DNA of 64,000 bases from Ascoidea asiatica JCM 7603 (taxonomy: Eukaryota > Fungi > Ascomycota): positions 352,279-416,278 of the forward strand of contig BCKQ01000001.1 of the NCBI GenBank assembly GCA_001600695.1, written 5' to 3'. Shown piece by piece: positions 1-13,300 of this stretch; within the stretch, counting starts at the first letter, position 1; every line of letters begins with the position of its first letter. The position numbers and the translations under genes are program-made. The notes under the pieces were generated by a model, which worked only from the letters and a program-made list of their open reading frames with translations, was not told the origin of the DNA and ran no database searches.

Positions 1-639
1 AGAGGTACTAAAAATAAAAAGCAAAAATTAAGAGTAATTGACATTTCAAGTTATGAAATAGATTAATTGTCCTATGTAAACAAAACTATATAAATATGTC
101 TGTTTTTGTCTATAATTATTATAATTTTATATATTTTTGAAATTATCGAGTTTTATATTTACTATTTTAGATATATTAATACATAATATTTATTATTAGT
201 CCAATTATAATATTAATCTCATTGTTCATTATCTTTAATAATTTTTAAACTAAAACAACTTAATTTATTTCATTATGTCTCAAGAATCCCAATATTACTC
301 GTATAAAGACTAAAGTAGAATTATTACTAATAAGAAAAAAAACACTCCATTGATTTGGAAAAAAAAAATATATCAGTTCATTTTAAATTTCAAAATAGGC
401 CTTAGTTTAAATTAGATCTAATAAAACACTTCTTGATCATGCCTGATTACTTTAAAATCTATTGAGATTTGTGCTTATATTTTTAATTGAATAATTAGAA
501 TTGCTCTCTGATCCTGGATTTAGTCCCATTTATTGTTTTTAATTATTTATTTATTCTTTGTTTTTTTCACTATTTTTCATTATTTTTCATTATTTTTCTC
601 TATTTTGTACTGTTTTGATCTGGTTTAGTTCAGTTTCCT

Positions 640-960
640 CATTGGGCCTTTTTAGCTTTTGTTTGCCGGTTAATGTGTCCCGTCGCAGTGGTAACGGTGG
701 TTGCAGCCTTGCATATATAGCAGCGCAGTGCTTTGCATGCAGCACCGCAGTGATTGCGCAAATTGTCTGCTACCGAGAAAGTAACGCCATTCCTCCTTTT
801 TCTTTCTTTTCTTCCCAACTGTTCTTATTAATCCTATTATTCCTGTACCGTACCGTACTATTCCCAGTAACGTTAGAAAAAGGAAATCTTACTTAAACCG
901 ATACAATTTGGGTAGATTACGTAAGCGGACTGTTAATTGTATACACAACTCCTGTGAATT
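640..960. promoter_or_regulatory. GC/CpG-rich island upstream of medA-like gene 1
   Basis: Sharp local rise in G+C and CG dinucleotides against an AT-rich background. Contains TAACGTTA (868-875), bZIP-like TTACGTAA (917-924) and GTCCCG (677-682). Confidence 0.5.
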
Positions 961-2417
961 TTTAGATTAATCTTTTAACGGTAAGCATTTGATTTAACGT
1001 TATAAATTTTTTAAAATAATTTCAAAAGGTATCCAAAATTATCCAAAACATGCAATTTCGAAACCTGTTTTGGCAAATTCTTTTTGCTTTTACTATCTTA
1101 GAGAATTGATATCATATTCAATTATTTCAATCTTATGGGTTATATGCTTTATATCTTAAATGTATATTAAAAATATAAAGAATTAGAATAGATTTAAAAT
1201 ATTCAAAAGATAGAAAAGATTTAAAAGTTCTAAAGAAAACTAATGAAAGTTAAAGAAATTTAAAGTAACGTTGTACATATAACAAAATCATATAAAGTAT
1301 ATCAAAAACACAAAGAAGATATATATCCAAATAAAGGAGAATACTTAATTCAATATACCCTATATTCATTTATTTGCTTTTTAAAGTTGCTTTAACTTAC
1401 TCCAATTCTTATTTCTTACTTTTTTTTAAAAAAATTACTCAAAATTACTTAAAATTTGTTAAAAATTTATAAAAAATCTATAAAGAAAAAAATCTATTTT
1501 CAAAATTTTTCTTTTTTTTTCACATTCTAATAAAACTCCTTCTTTCATATATATAATTTTCCCCTTAAATCAACTGTATAATAACAATTCAAATTATATT
1601 CACATTCAACTGTTCAAGTATAACAAAGAGGTTTATCAAATCATTTAAATATAAAATTGTAATCTCAAATTCAGAAAATTACCCAACTTTCACCCATAAC
1701 TATCATCATCATTATTATTATCATTATTTTCATCAATATTAATCACCATAACCATAACTATAACCATATTAATATCAATATCAATATAAAAACAGGAGCA
1801 AAAATCATTCTAATAAATCCAAGTTCTTCTATACTCAAAATATTAAAACATATAAAATATCAAAGTTATTGTCCATTTATCCTTTATTCAATCTATCAAA
1901 TATTAATATAAAGATTTTCAATCAACTATAGGTCCCGATAGATAATAAAACTTCTTTTATACTCCCAGTCCAATACATTTAAATAAAATTTTTAATCTAT
2001 TTCAAACCCATTTCAAATCTAATTCATTTCATAAATATCATCCAATTTGAAAAACAGGGTTATTTTTACTCCACTTTCAACTTTTTCAATAACATTATTG
2101 AAAATTAAAAAAATATAAAGCGAATTAATTAAATATCTCTTTAGAATAATATAATTTCCTAAAGTTTCTCTTATTACTTGATTATAACAATTTATCAACA
2201 AAAAAAAAGAATATAAATATAACATAGATATAATATAAATACTGCGATAAATAAAGATAAAAATTACTAAAATATCAAAATATTGAAATAATCGAGAAAA
2301 TTCCTTACAAATTTTCATATCTAGTAACCTGATTTTCAAAATACTTCATTTATTCAATTTCCTTAGACTGAATCCTTCCTATACTTAGTTTCTGATTATA
2401 AAGTTCCTACTCTCATA

Positions 2418-2517
2418 CATTATACATTATACAATATACATTACTCATTATAAATTAATCATTATACATTATACAATATACATTACTCATTATAAATTAA
2501 TCATTATACATTATACA
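2418..2517 (+). repeat. 42-bp tandem repeat (about 2.4 copies) built from CATTATA-like heptamers
   Basis: CATTATA CATTATA CAATATA CATTACT CATTATA AATTAAT occurs at 2418-2459 and 2460-2501, with a partial copy at 2502-2517. Confidence 0.9.
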
Positions 2518-3595
2518 TCCCATAATAAACAACATATTATATTCAGATACTATATTCAGATACTATATACTATATACAATAGAATTTATAAACAAAGCAA
2601 AGCAATACATTATCAAAGTACTGTACCGGTAACGTTATATATAACGCATAAAAGAACCAAATATTTTCCTTCATTTTCCTCTTCTTTCGATACTCAAACT
2701 TTGTGCCTGTCCAGTATTCCCAAAAGAGTTTTAATAAAGCACACACAACTTCAAATTAAATTCCCTTCAAGAATTTATCAATTATTTATTTTCTCTTCAG
2801 TTTTATTTTTCATCCCTTGCAGTTTCTATTCAAATTTATTATATTCATATACCACAGTACCATTATTCTTATTTCTTTCCAATTCTGCATCTTCCACTGA
2901 TACAGATACAGATACAGATATTGATAGTAATACCAATAATTAATACGAAATTTCTTTTCAAGTAATACTATCTATTTATTCTATTCACTTTATAAAACTT
3001 GTTTTGAAACCTTAATCTCTGTTAACTTTTCTTCAAATTTTTCATTATAATTTCAATAATTTTCATTACATTTTCATTACATTTTCTTAAATATTTCATT
3101 GATTTTTCATTAAACTTTCATCTGTTTTTCCAGTTTCTCCTACAAGAAAATTTTTTTTTAGATATATAAATATTTTTCAAGAAATTACTTCCAAAGGTTA
3201 TATAAATACTCAATATTCATCTATATTCAAGTATTCATAATTATCAATACTCTAGTTTTGATAAAATTTATAATCAAACAATTTTTCATTTAATTTTAGT
3301 TTTTAAAGAGGTTTTATAAAAATCAAATTAATAAGTCATTTAATCCATTAATTAACCGACCAATAAATCAACCAGTTAATAAATAAAGAGCTTAATTATT
3401 TATCTATCCATTCATCAATTTTATTATTACTATTCTGTTTCTTTATAAATATATTTTTTTTCTAAATATCTATATCTTTTGGCGCTAATTAATGTTTTCA
3501 TCAAAATAAATCCGGGAAAAAAAATTAAAACTAATCAGTTCAACTCAATTTATTATAACCCTTCATTAATTCAATACAGTAATTATTCAATTATC

Positions 3596-6500
3596 ATGAA
3601 CCATAATAAAGATAATAATAATAATAATAAAAACCAAAATCAAAATCAAAAAATAGAAATTCTCGAACCCTTAATGCCGCCACCTCCTATTTCATATAAT
3701 GTTAACTCTAATTTTAATAATCAATCCTCAAATGATGAAAATGATGTAAAATCAAATAATAACCACCAAATATATCAACAGTATTCTCAAGATAATACGA
3801 GCTACGCAAGTAATTTACCCTCAATGAATTCTAATAATGTAATATCTGCTCCGAAATATAAAGTATCCTCTTATAATCCAGATCAGTTTTTTAGTCAAAA
3901 TTCTAATAATGTACCTTCTTCAAATCTAAATATGAATCAAAATCAATCTACTTCATATTTCAACCAATCAATCAATCAGTCTAATGCCACTATTTCAACT
4001 CCTCCGAATATTGCAAGAGTTAACAATCCTTCCAATCAACTATATCTGAACCAAAATTCTTTACAGTTCCAGCATACTCCTCATAATTTGTCAACTGTGA
4101 TTCAAAGCCCTCAAGCAAATCCTCCAAATTCACAATCTTTAAATACTATGAATTTAATGTCACCTGAAATGCAACAAAACCAAAAAAATCAACAACAACA
4201 TCAGCAGCAGCAACAACAGCAACAGCAACAGCAACAACAACAACAACAACAGCAACAACAACAACAACAACAGCAATATGATTATCTTCAGTCTTTGAAA
4301 CAAGCTGTTTTTCCAAATAATATTAATCCTTTCCCTTATTTTTATGGTCTTCCAAATAATACTATCCCATCAAATATTCCTGCTCAACAATCATACTTAT
4401 CAAGAAAATATTCAGGAATTGATCCTCAAAGGCAACCACAACTAGTGCAGCAGCAGATCATTCAAAGAAATCAACAAGCTCAAATTTCTCAAAACCCTCA
4501 TCAAATCCCAGTTTCTTTAGTAAACGTCAATTCAATCCAAAGTCAAGCTCAATCTCAAACACATTTTCAAGCATCACTTGATTCACAGAATCAAACCAAA
4601 TTTTTACCCCAAAGCTTATCTAATTCTAAAGTTGAAGAAAAAACTCGAGATCAATCCCAGTCTCAAGTTCAGGCTCAAGCTCAAGCTCAAGATCTTGTTC
4701 AGGATCAATCTCAATCTCAATCACAATCACAGTTGCAATCTCAATCTCACTTGCAGCCTCAACCTCAACTTCAACCTCAAACTCAACCCCAACTTCAAAC
4801 CCAACTTCAAACCCAACCCCAAAGTCAATTTAGGAAGCAGGGACAAAGTCAAAATAAAAGCTCAATACAAACAATGGCTAGCTCTTCAATTAATTCTCTT
4901 GCTCAAAAACGTAATATATCCTCTATAAATCCCAATACTTCTGTTTCTTATACTAATGAATTGAATAAAGATCAAACTCACGTTTCGACTTCAAATACAA
5001 GTCAATCAGATGGTTATTCAAATGCAATTACCCATGATCTCGAAAGGCTAAAAAATTTCTCTTTTCATCCTGGTTCTAATTCTGGTAATTTTGCCAATTC
5101 ATCTCAAAACGATCCTAATGATCCTTATGGAAAATTACCTTCATATTCATCAACTGTTTCTAGACCTTCTAATTTATCTATGAGTATAAGGTCTCCTTCT
5201 ACTTTTTCTTCAATTCCAACTATGAATCAGAAATTTAGTTTGAATAGCTCTAAAAGCAGTTTTGATATAGTTGATAGTTCTTCTCGAGGTCCCTCTTGGA
5301 TAGAGCCGCCTACTGGTGTTTCATGCAACTCTTCGTTTAGTAACTCTGGGCAGGATTATTTTCCAAAGCCATTGATTACACCACTGTCTTTTAATCAGCA
5401 ACAAGAAAATAAAAAGAGAAATATAAAAGATCCTCAAAATGCTGTTTCACTAGAATCAGATACTACTCAGAGTAATGATATACATAACCAGAGTTTAGAA
5501 TCCGCTTCAACAGATAGAACAAGTTCTACAATCTCAAGAAGTACTACTACCAGTAATTCTAAAAGTAAAAAGTCGGTTACTAAAGTTGAAACTATAATAC
5601 ATGATAATGACCCAGTTCTAAATTTTTATAGAAGGAAAATTCAAGAGATTAGACCTTTGAAATTGACAAGGTTCACTTCTTTACCAATTAGTATTTTACA
5701 AGAGATAGTTAGAAGGTCACCAAAATTAAGTTCAGCTATGATATCAAAAGTTGATCCAATAAGTTATATATTTCCGATGATTGAGATGAAAATCGTTCAA
5801 CCATTATCAGCGGTGCTACTGAATTGGTCAGATGAATATTTGCATAATATCAAAAGAAAATTAATTCTATTTTATTGGAATTTTGATTTATGTAAAGTAG
5901 AAACTGAATATGAAAATTTTCACGAGTCTAAAGGAAGTATCCCAAAACAAGATCAATCAACTGAAGTAATGTTTAAAGCTTATTTGAGTTTAGATTATTT
6001 AGAAATACTGCAAGAGGAATATAATTCTTTTTTCAAACATTCAGATGAAAATGATCAATCGTCTAGTGAAGATTCAGACACTCAAGCTATTGATTCAGCA
6101 AGATTTGCCAAATTCCGCACAATAATTGAATCCAAACAACACTGTGTTATAACATGCTTTTATTGGAAACTACTTAAGACATTTTTTCTCACATCAGTCG
6201 ATTTAATTTATTTATTAGAAAGGATTTCTGGACTAGTTACAAAAACTTTAGAAACAGATATCAATTCAGCTAAGCAAGCCAAAGATCTTTCCAACTCTGA
6301 AATGATTCCCAAATCTTCAAGATCAAAAAATGTTGTAGAAAGATTTGATGCAAAGGAAAAAAATCGAATAAGGCGAAATTTACAAGCAATAAAAAGTATT
6401 ACAGTTGGAAGAATCATTAAACCAGGAGGATGCTATTTCGATACATCGGCTTCAGAAAATACTACTGATACTTCTTCATCTAACTCTTTGAAAAGAAAAA

Positions 6501-6748
6501 GATCCAATATGAGCGATTCTGACACATCTCCAATGAACGCAGAATCTTCGAGTTTGATAAAAATAAATGATATTGAGGTCTATGAAATTTTCAAAATAAT
6601 TATGAATTTCAGTGATCCTAGACCAAGAAATATTGAGAAAAATTTGAAAATTTATAGATGGGATGATTTAAAAGATGCTTTGAGTAAAATTTTGCCAAAA
6701 TACTGTGTGAACTTTAGTGAATATGAATTCAAAAAGGAAAATTCATAA
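3596..6748 (+). CDS. Medusa (MedA/ACON-3/Ren1)-family transcriptional regulator, Q/N-rich, about 1050 aa
   Basis: C-terminal motifs ITCFYW..FLTSVDLIYLLE, KEKNRIRRNL, FKIIMNF..PRPRNIEK.LKIYRW..L..AL.KIL.KY match the conserved MedA domain. The ORF-track start at 3479 is TTG; the first in-frame ATG is 3596. Confidence 0.85.
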   Translation: MNHNKDNNNNNKNQNQNQKIEILEPLMPPPPISYNVNSNFNNQSSNDENDVKSNNNHQIYQQYSQDNTSYASNLPSMNSNNVISAPKYKVSSYNPDQFFSQNSNNVPSSNLNMNQNQSTSYFNQSINQSNATISTPPNIARVNNPSNQLYLNQNSLQFQHTPHNLSTVIQSPQANPPNSQSLNTMNLMSPEMQQNQKNQQQHQQQQQQQQQQQQQQQQQQQQQQQQQYDYLQSLKQAVFPNNINPFPYFYGLPNNTIPSNIPAQQSYLSRKYSGIDPQRQPQLVQQQIIQRNQQAQISQNPHQIPVSLVNVNSIQSQAQSQTHFQASLDSQNQTKFLPQSLSNSKVEEKTRDQSQSQVQAQAQAQDLVQDQSQSQSQSQLQSQSHLQPQPQLQPQTQPQLQTQLQTQPQSQFRKQGQSQNKSSIQTMASSSINSLAQKRNISSINPNTSVSYTNELNKDQTHVSTSNTSQSDGYSNAITHDLERLKNFSFHPGSNSGNFANSSQNDPNDPYGKLPSYSSTVSRPSNLSMSIRSPSTFSSIPTMNQKFSLNSSKSSFDIVDSSSRGPSWIEPPTGVSCNSSFSNSGQDYFPKPLITPLSFNQQQENKKRNIKDPQNAVSLESDTTQSNDIHNQSLESASTDRTSSTISRSTTTSNSKSKKSVTKVETIIHDNDPVLNFYRRKIQEIRPLKLTRFTSLPISILQEIVRRSPKLSSAMISKVDPISYIFPMIEMKIVQPLSAVLLNWSDEYLHNIKRKLILFYWNFDLCKVETEYENFHESKGSIPKQDQSTEVMFKAYLSLDYLEILQEEYNSFFKHSDENDQSSSEDSDTQAIDSARFAKFRTIIESKQHCVITCFYWKLLKTFFLTSVDLIYLLERISGLVTKTLETDINSAKQAKDLSNSEMIPKSSRSKNVVERFDAKEKNRIRRNLQAIKSITVGRIIKPGGCYFDTSASENTTDTSSSNSLKRKRSNMSDSDTSPMNAESSSLIKINDIEVYEIFKIIMNFSDPRPRNIEKNLKIYRWDDLKDALSKILPKYCVNFSEYEFKKENS
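4190..4276 (+). repeat. CAA/CAG poly-glutamine tract in medA-like gene 1
   Basis: Run of CAA/CAG codons with one His interruption. Confidence 0.95.
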
Positions 6749-9700
6749 CTTTTGTTTTATTTTTGAGTTTGCCGAATACCTTGAATTAAAAAGTTTATAA
6801 TTGGTGAAACTAAGATGCTTTTTTCTTTTTCAAGACTTGTACTAATAATTATGAAATAATTTGTTTTTCCAAGGTTTTGAGCTAACAAAATTGTTTATGA
6901 TTTGAACTAACTTTTAGCGTTCAATTTTTGTTTTTTATTTTTGTTTGTTGCTTTTTCTCTTTCTGCTTTTCTAGTTTAAAGACTGTGGGTATATTATTTT
7001 GCTTTATTCTGTTTTTTTTTTTTTGATACTTACTAATATTTATTAATACTTATCATTATCTATCAATTTTTTCTGATATTTTCTAATATCTTCTAATATT
7101 TTTTAATATTTTTTAATTTTCTTCTAATTTTTTCAATAATGTCGTTGTTGATTAGAGTTTAACGATCATTTGGCTAGTGCTTGCTTTTTTTAAATTTTTT
7201 TCTTATCAAAGCTGACTATATTATTATAATCACTATGATGTTTTCCTTTCTATTTTTTCTTCTGGTGCCTAAAATCTTCTTAATACTTTATAATTTTTTT
7301 CACTATTATTCCCTTGGAATCTTGCATTGTTGGTCATTCGTTGCTTTTTCTTTGTTTTTTGTAGGTTCTTTCACTTTTTTTGTAATGTTGTTTTTAAACT
7401 TTTGTTCAAAACTTAATTCACCTCTAGTTTATTTGTAGACAAGTGAATAAATCTAATATTGTATTGATTATTTTTTCTCCCCTAGAGTCAGTAAAACCGT
7501 ATATTCGAATAATTCAATCCAAACTTAAACTAAAGATTAACTTTGAAATAAAAGACAGGGGCAACTTTAACAGTATTTTCCTAAGAAAATCTGATGAAAA
7601 AAAATTTTCTTAACAAAAGTTGATCTTTCTAATGTTTAATAGAGTGGATTCTATTTTGTAAGAAAAGAGGTATGTTGAATATGAGACAAAACTTCTTTGG
7701 ATACACCTTAACAATTGTGTTTGATAGTAGATGATCTTTCTTTGTTTTAATTTATTGAATAAAATAGGAAAAGAATAAAAATGCTGTTTGGTCATTAGTT
7801 AAAAGTCAGCATTAATCGAAATTTATGGATATCCTTTAAGAGTTTGTTGATGTCAATAAAGAAAAAACTTCATCAAATTTATGATAAAATTTACCTGAAT
7901 AATATTATTTGGAACAAATTATTTTTTTACTTTATAAACCACCTATAAGAAATGTACTTTAATGTAATTTTTATGACATTTTTTTTTCAAAAGCATGAAA
8001 GTATGTGCTTTCTGTAAATTACACTTTCAAATAGCGCTGAGAATAGATCAATTAACTTTGAAAATTCAGTCTATTGTTGCTCATTTTATGTGTTCTTCAA
8101 ACATAGTTTTCAGATTTATATTAATGTCCTTATATATGATTTGCTAACAAGTTCAGATATCACTTTTTTTTAAAAAAAAGTAAAAATATTTCCACTTTAA
8201 GGTAAATAAGTTTCAAGTGAATTGAATATAAATTTGTAGCTATGTTAAATCTATAGCCATTCTCTTATGAGTTTTCCCAATTAGGAAGTGCCTATTTATA
8301 CAGTATATGCGAATTTAAGGGTTATCGGTAATGAAAAATGATCTAGAAAGAGCAGCATATGCACCTTGAAAATGAATATATAATTTTGTAATTCATTGAA
8401 GATTATTAGTCTTGGTATTGAAAAAAAACCCGTCACAATCCAGTTTTCTATCATATATATAATTCTTTGTTTTAAATTAGAAAATAAATTAGAGATCTGA
8501 TGTCAATTAAGTCAGTATTTCATATTTAAAGTAAGTTTTGGAGTGTGTAAATCAACTTTTAATTTAGAATAGATGAATATTTCGAGATTAATTCCTCATT
8601 AAGATTTTATTATGGAAGCTAATTTGGTAAAATTGATTGAAAATACTGATAAAATTAAATAAAAATAAATGAGGACCATTTATTATTTTAGTTTTTAACT
8701 AATAAAAAAGTTTAAGTGATAAGTTAGCAAAACTTTCCTTAAATCACACACAATAACACAAAAGAGGAAGAATTGAAACGATTAACAAAGTAGTTGAAAT
8801 AATAATCTTAGCCCTGTTGAAACATTAAATCGATAGCCTTACATTTAGAAATATGAATTCTTCAAATATAATCAAAATGCTGATATTCTTTACAAACATA
8901 AAAGCAAAAGCTTTACTGTCTTTCTATATTTTGAAAATTCTAGATGGATTTGAAGATTTCTTATAAAATTGAGAGAATTTAATTATTAAATCTTCATAAG
9001 ATGTAATATATTCACACCTTTCCCAAATTTTATATTCATTATTCTAGTCTAAAATTAACAATGGAGAGTCATTTTCATTTGCTCGATATTTCCTTTAATT
9101 TCGTTTTTTAAAAGCTTTCAAATCATTTTCCAATTCTGTTTTCAATTCATCTGGGTTCTCCTCTAACTTATCTTTTCACAAAGCCAGTGATGTAATCAGA
9201 TTAATGAATTTTTTTCTGATCTTTTATGGAATACCTTTAGTGTTTAAAATATGACTAAACAGGCTAAAATTCAACAACATATCATGAATAATTCTCAAAT
9301 ATATTGTATAAATATTGAAAAAACGAAAATCTAAAACATCAGTAAAAAATGAAGAAGCACAGTTAAATTTGACCTATTTATATATAGAAAAATAAATGCA
9401 AATATAAATATATATTGACAGCATACTATTTTAGCAAAATATGTTTGAAGGATTTGACTAGTTTATTGTAATTGGTTTAAAGCTATCAATTGTAATAGTT
9501 AGTAATTCATAATGAGTTAAATTCAAAAGTAATTACAAGTTTTATAAAACTTAAAAGCACTAAAATATCAAATAAGTATAAAATTTTATTTTAATGAGTT
9601 TAATTTATCATTTCATTTTTTTTCAATTATATTTGCTTCTTTTCCAACTAAGATTCCGAATATATATATGGCAATTCAAAGGAATACAGAAATTGTATAA

Positions 9701-10019
9701 CTAAGTTATATATTTCTATTTAAGAAAAATTGTTAAGATAAGTGAAAAGTTAATTTCCAATTTTATCCTATTTGTTTCAGCCTTTTTCAATCATTACTGA
9801 AAATTCTTCCTTAACAACGGCAAAAGATAGTAAATCATAGAACACAATATTATTATGTTTAAGTTGATTTGATTTGATTTGAATTGAATTTCAGAGTTTG
9901 CAATAAAAAATAAATAAGGGAACTGAGAATAGAAGTGAAAAATGATTGCATTTTAGACAATCACTGATTATTGATGCCTCTTTGTAATTAAGATCTATTC
10001 TTTATCAATGTTATGTCAA

Positions 10020-10330
10020 AGACATCAACCGGCAACTCAATGAAAAAATGTTTAATTTCGAGCAAACTGCACGTGAGCTTTTAACTAGAAACAAAAATCT
10101 CACCGGAATTCAGTGAATCAAATTTTCCCGTAAATCATGCACGTCCCGCAAATCAATTAAAGCCCATGAAAAGCCCCGAATGTTATTGTTAATGATGTGG
10201 CGCGGGATTTTATAGAGAGTGGCGTCGGTGATTAGCCTCGTGTCCTAGAATGGTATTTGGCTGTCCAGAATTGCTCAAATTCTGGTTTGTAAGCTATTGC
10301 GTTATGGCAACAGAGCAACAGAGTAACAAA
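10020..10330. promoter_or_regulatory. Orphan GC-rich island between the convergent medA-like genes
   Basis: CG-rich patch with CACGTG, TGCACGT twice, GTGGCG twice and CACGTCCCGC (10140-10149, identical to 49727-49736). No adjacent ORF. Confidence 0.35.
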
Positions 10331-13300
10331 GCACTGGAGTAATAACTATTAGTATTAAATTACAATAAATGATGATTGAATTAAAATTTTAATAAATTAA
10401 AATAACATTATAACTATAAAGTTCTTTGAAATTGTACGAATTTGAATAAAGTTTATGATGAAAGAATATTTCTAAACTGCAAGTTGTAAATGCTCTGTGT
10501 ATTCTACATCCATGGCAGCCTTTGATCCTTGTTTACAGACTTTTTTTGGTCGTTTCAAGTGCAAACATCTCCATATTCTGTTCTGACATTTGTTATAAAA
10601 TTAGCATTTGCTTCCACCAAAACGTTTTTTTTTTTTTCTACAGTAATGTTTCTATGGCAATGCTTTCAAAAAAGGTTGTTATTGAGCAATTGAGTTATAA
10701 CTCATAAAGTTTGCGGACGTTCTTTCCGAGCATAAACTGGAGTGTACTGATTTTACGTCGCCAAAAATGCAGGTACCGAATTCTAATAATCGCTTACCTC
10801 TATAATGGTATTAATACAAAATTGATAATAGATTCAGTGGAATATGACTGTAGAGCGACTGTAGAGCTTCAGTTGTGAGAGTAGAATAATATTATCTTGA
10901 TATTTGTAAAAATAGTACCTAACATAATGCATTTGATTATCAATTGTCAATACATTGAACATCAATTAGTGTTTTGTAGAACTTTCTATTTATGAAAATT
11001 TTACTTAAACATCAATGTATGTATTTGCTTTATTCTTTTGCTTTCTCAAGACTTTCAAAAAGATTGTACAAAAGTTTTAGTTCAGGCATTTGCTATGCTA
11101 ACTTTACAGAAATTACTGAGAGATATTATTCCTTAATAATTCAGGAAATAAAAAGAGTGTAATTTGAGAACACTGACAATTTTTTATTGGCTTTGAGTTT
11201 TTCTATGTTTACTTTGATCTGAAAAATAATGATAGTTAAAAATATAATAATAATAATGATACTTCACGAAAATTTTATATTTTGATTCTATCCATTTTTA
11301 CTTTTCGTTTCTTTATTGATTCTTTCATGGAGTATTTATTTGGATGAGAGTTATTTTTCTTATTCTTGATTAAAAATTGTTATTAGTATTTTAAGTATTT
11401 ATGCATTTCATTACTTTTCTAGAAGTCTTGTTTGATTTAATTTAGAGCTATTCAAAATCAAGATTAATTAAGAATATTTTATATTCATATTTGAATCTTT
11501 AATGAAAACCCGGTAATAGGAACATAAATGATTCCTTGCTTTCCTTGACTTTGGAACTTAAACTTGAACTTCTTTTGAGATGAATAACAGTTGAATACTT
11601 CTCAACGATTTGATTGAAAAGAATAATTATTTCTATTCATCGTTGATTAAAATTAATGAATTCTCAAATTCAGAAATTATTTAAGTATTTACAATAAAAA
11701 ATAAATAAATGGGAGTAAATAAAAATGCAAATGAATTTGTGATTAGACTTGAGCTCGATGAGATGTTGTATTGAGCATACTAAGTATTCAAATAAATGTC
11801 AATTAGTATTGAATATTCATTGTTTGATCAATACTGAAGTCGTACTTGATTCTTACTTTAGGTATAACCACTCAACTGAGGTAAATTTTTCAATACAATT
11901 TTGTAGTCAGAAACCTATAAATTAATGAGTGCCAATGTCCTCTAGCATAATATCTTGTTTTCATACTTATTGTCTTCGAAGAAAGTACAATAAATAATGA
12001 GACATATATATTCAAGTCAGGGATTTTAATTTTTTCAATTTTGTTTATAATTTTGATTATTTCAGTAATATAAATATCGCTAATAATGTTGATAATGTTG
12101 ATGATGTTATTAATAAGTAAATCAAATAATTTTTCACAAAACTTCAGACATTAACATGGGATAGCCCATAAAGTTCTGAGCTAGTTTAGATTTTGCCCAT
12201 TTCATTTTCATAGTTCAAAAGAGTATTTTTATTTTTATCCAAGATCAATTACGAAACAAAAATCACAATAGATATCAAAATTTTTTCAAAGTAAATAGTG
12301 TTTTAAGAAAGAATTAGCAAATTTTTTGGGTCGGCAAATTTTAAAAAAAAAAATTGCAAGATTGAAAATATTTGTTACTAGTATCATTTTCTACAATTTC
12401 AATTCCAACACTTCTAAAAGTAGATTTACAAATAACTTTAACTACTTTTCTACTTCTTCAATTGTTTTCTTCAACAATTTTATTGTAAGTCATCAATGCT
12501 AATTAGTTTTGAAGAAGATTTTATGGAAAGTTAACAAATTTTAAGAAGTTAACTTTAGATCCCGTACGACACACCATAATTCTAGTGCTAGTTTGGTGTA
12601 CAGTGATTTCCAAAAGTTACAGCTAATGTAATTGTAAACTAAGATATAATTTAATAAAATTAACCAATAAAAAACTAAACCCTCTCAGATTTACAGAATT
12701 GAAATCACTTACAATTACTTTTAAACCTTCGCATAAAGTACGAATTATTACGAATAAATTATGTTTCAACTTTATTAATTAGATTGGAAAAGTTGATAAT
12801 TTGATTGTCCATTAATGGATGTTGCACGATTTATGAAACTTCATACGTTTCTAATAATAATATCTTTTAGACCTTCAAGAACTGAATAAGAGTAGAATTA
12901 GAATTGAAATAAAATTGAATGTTATTCTAAAAATCTAAGCTTTTCAGAGTTTTTTGTTTTTAATCTTCAATTTCCTAGGATGCTATTGTAGGAAGTTGAA
13001 ATTTAGCAAATCAAAAACTATTATACCCTTTTTTAACGTATGATATAAAAGAAAAAATGTAGTGGAAATGAAGCTCGACTAAAATAAAGAAATAGTTGTA
13101 CATGAATTAAAATTTTATAGAGAATTGATCAACTGTTCATTCACTTTTAAAAACAATAATCACCTAAAGTTATATTTAACATATATTGACAAGAATGCAG
13201 TGATAAATCTTCTAAATGAACTTGTAGAGATTGATTTGAAAAGGAATTGGCTCACATAATGAGAAAAAAAGAAATCATTTACAAGGATATCAGTGATGGG

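Noticed and set aside
558-2943. Short ORFs 558-896, 2019-2339 and 2701-2943
   Set aside because: Non-ATG starts and F/L/I-rich translations expected from T-rich or GC-island DNA. No recognisable domain.
3479-3595. TTG-initiated N-terminal extension of medA1 (likewise GTG starts at 30746 and 45643)
   Set aside because: Artefact of the ORF caller allowing bacterial-type starts. In-frame ATGs follow shortly.
10066-10200. CACGTG as CDEI of a point centromere
   Set aside because: No CDEII/CDEIII arrangement, and point centromeres are not expected outside Saccharomycetaceae.
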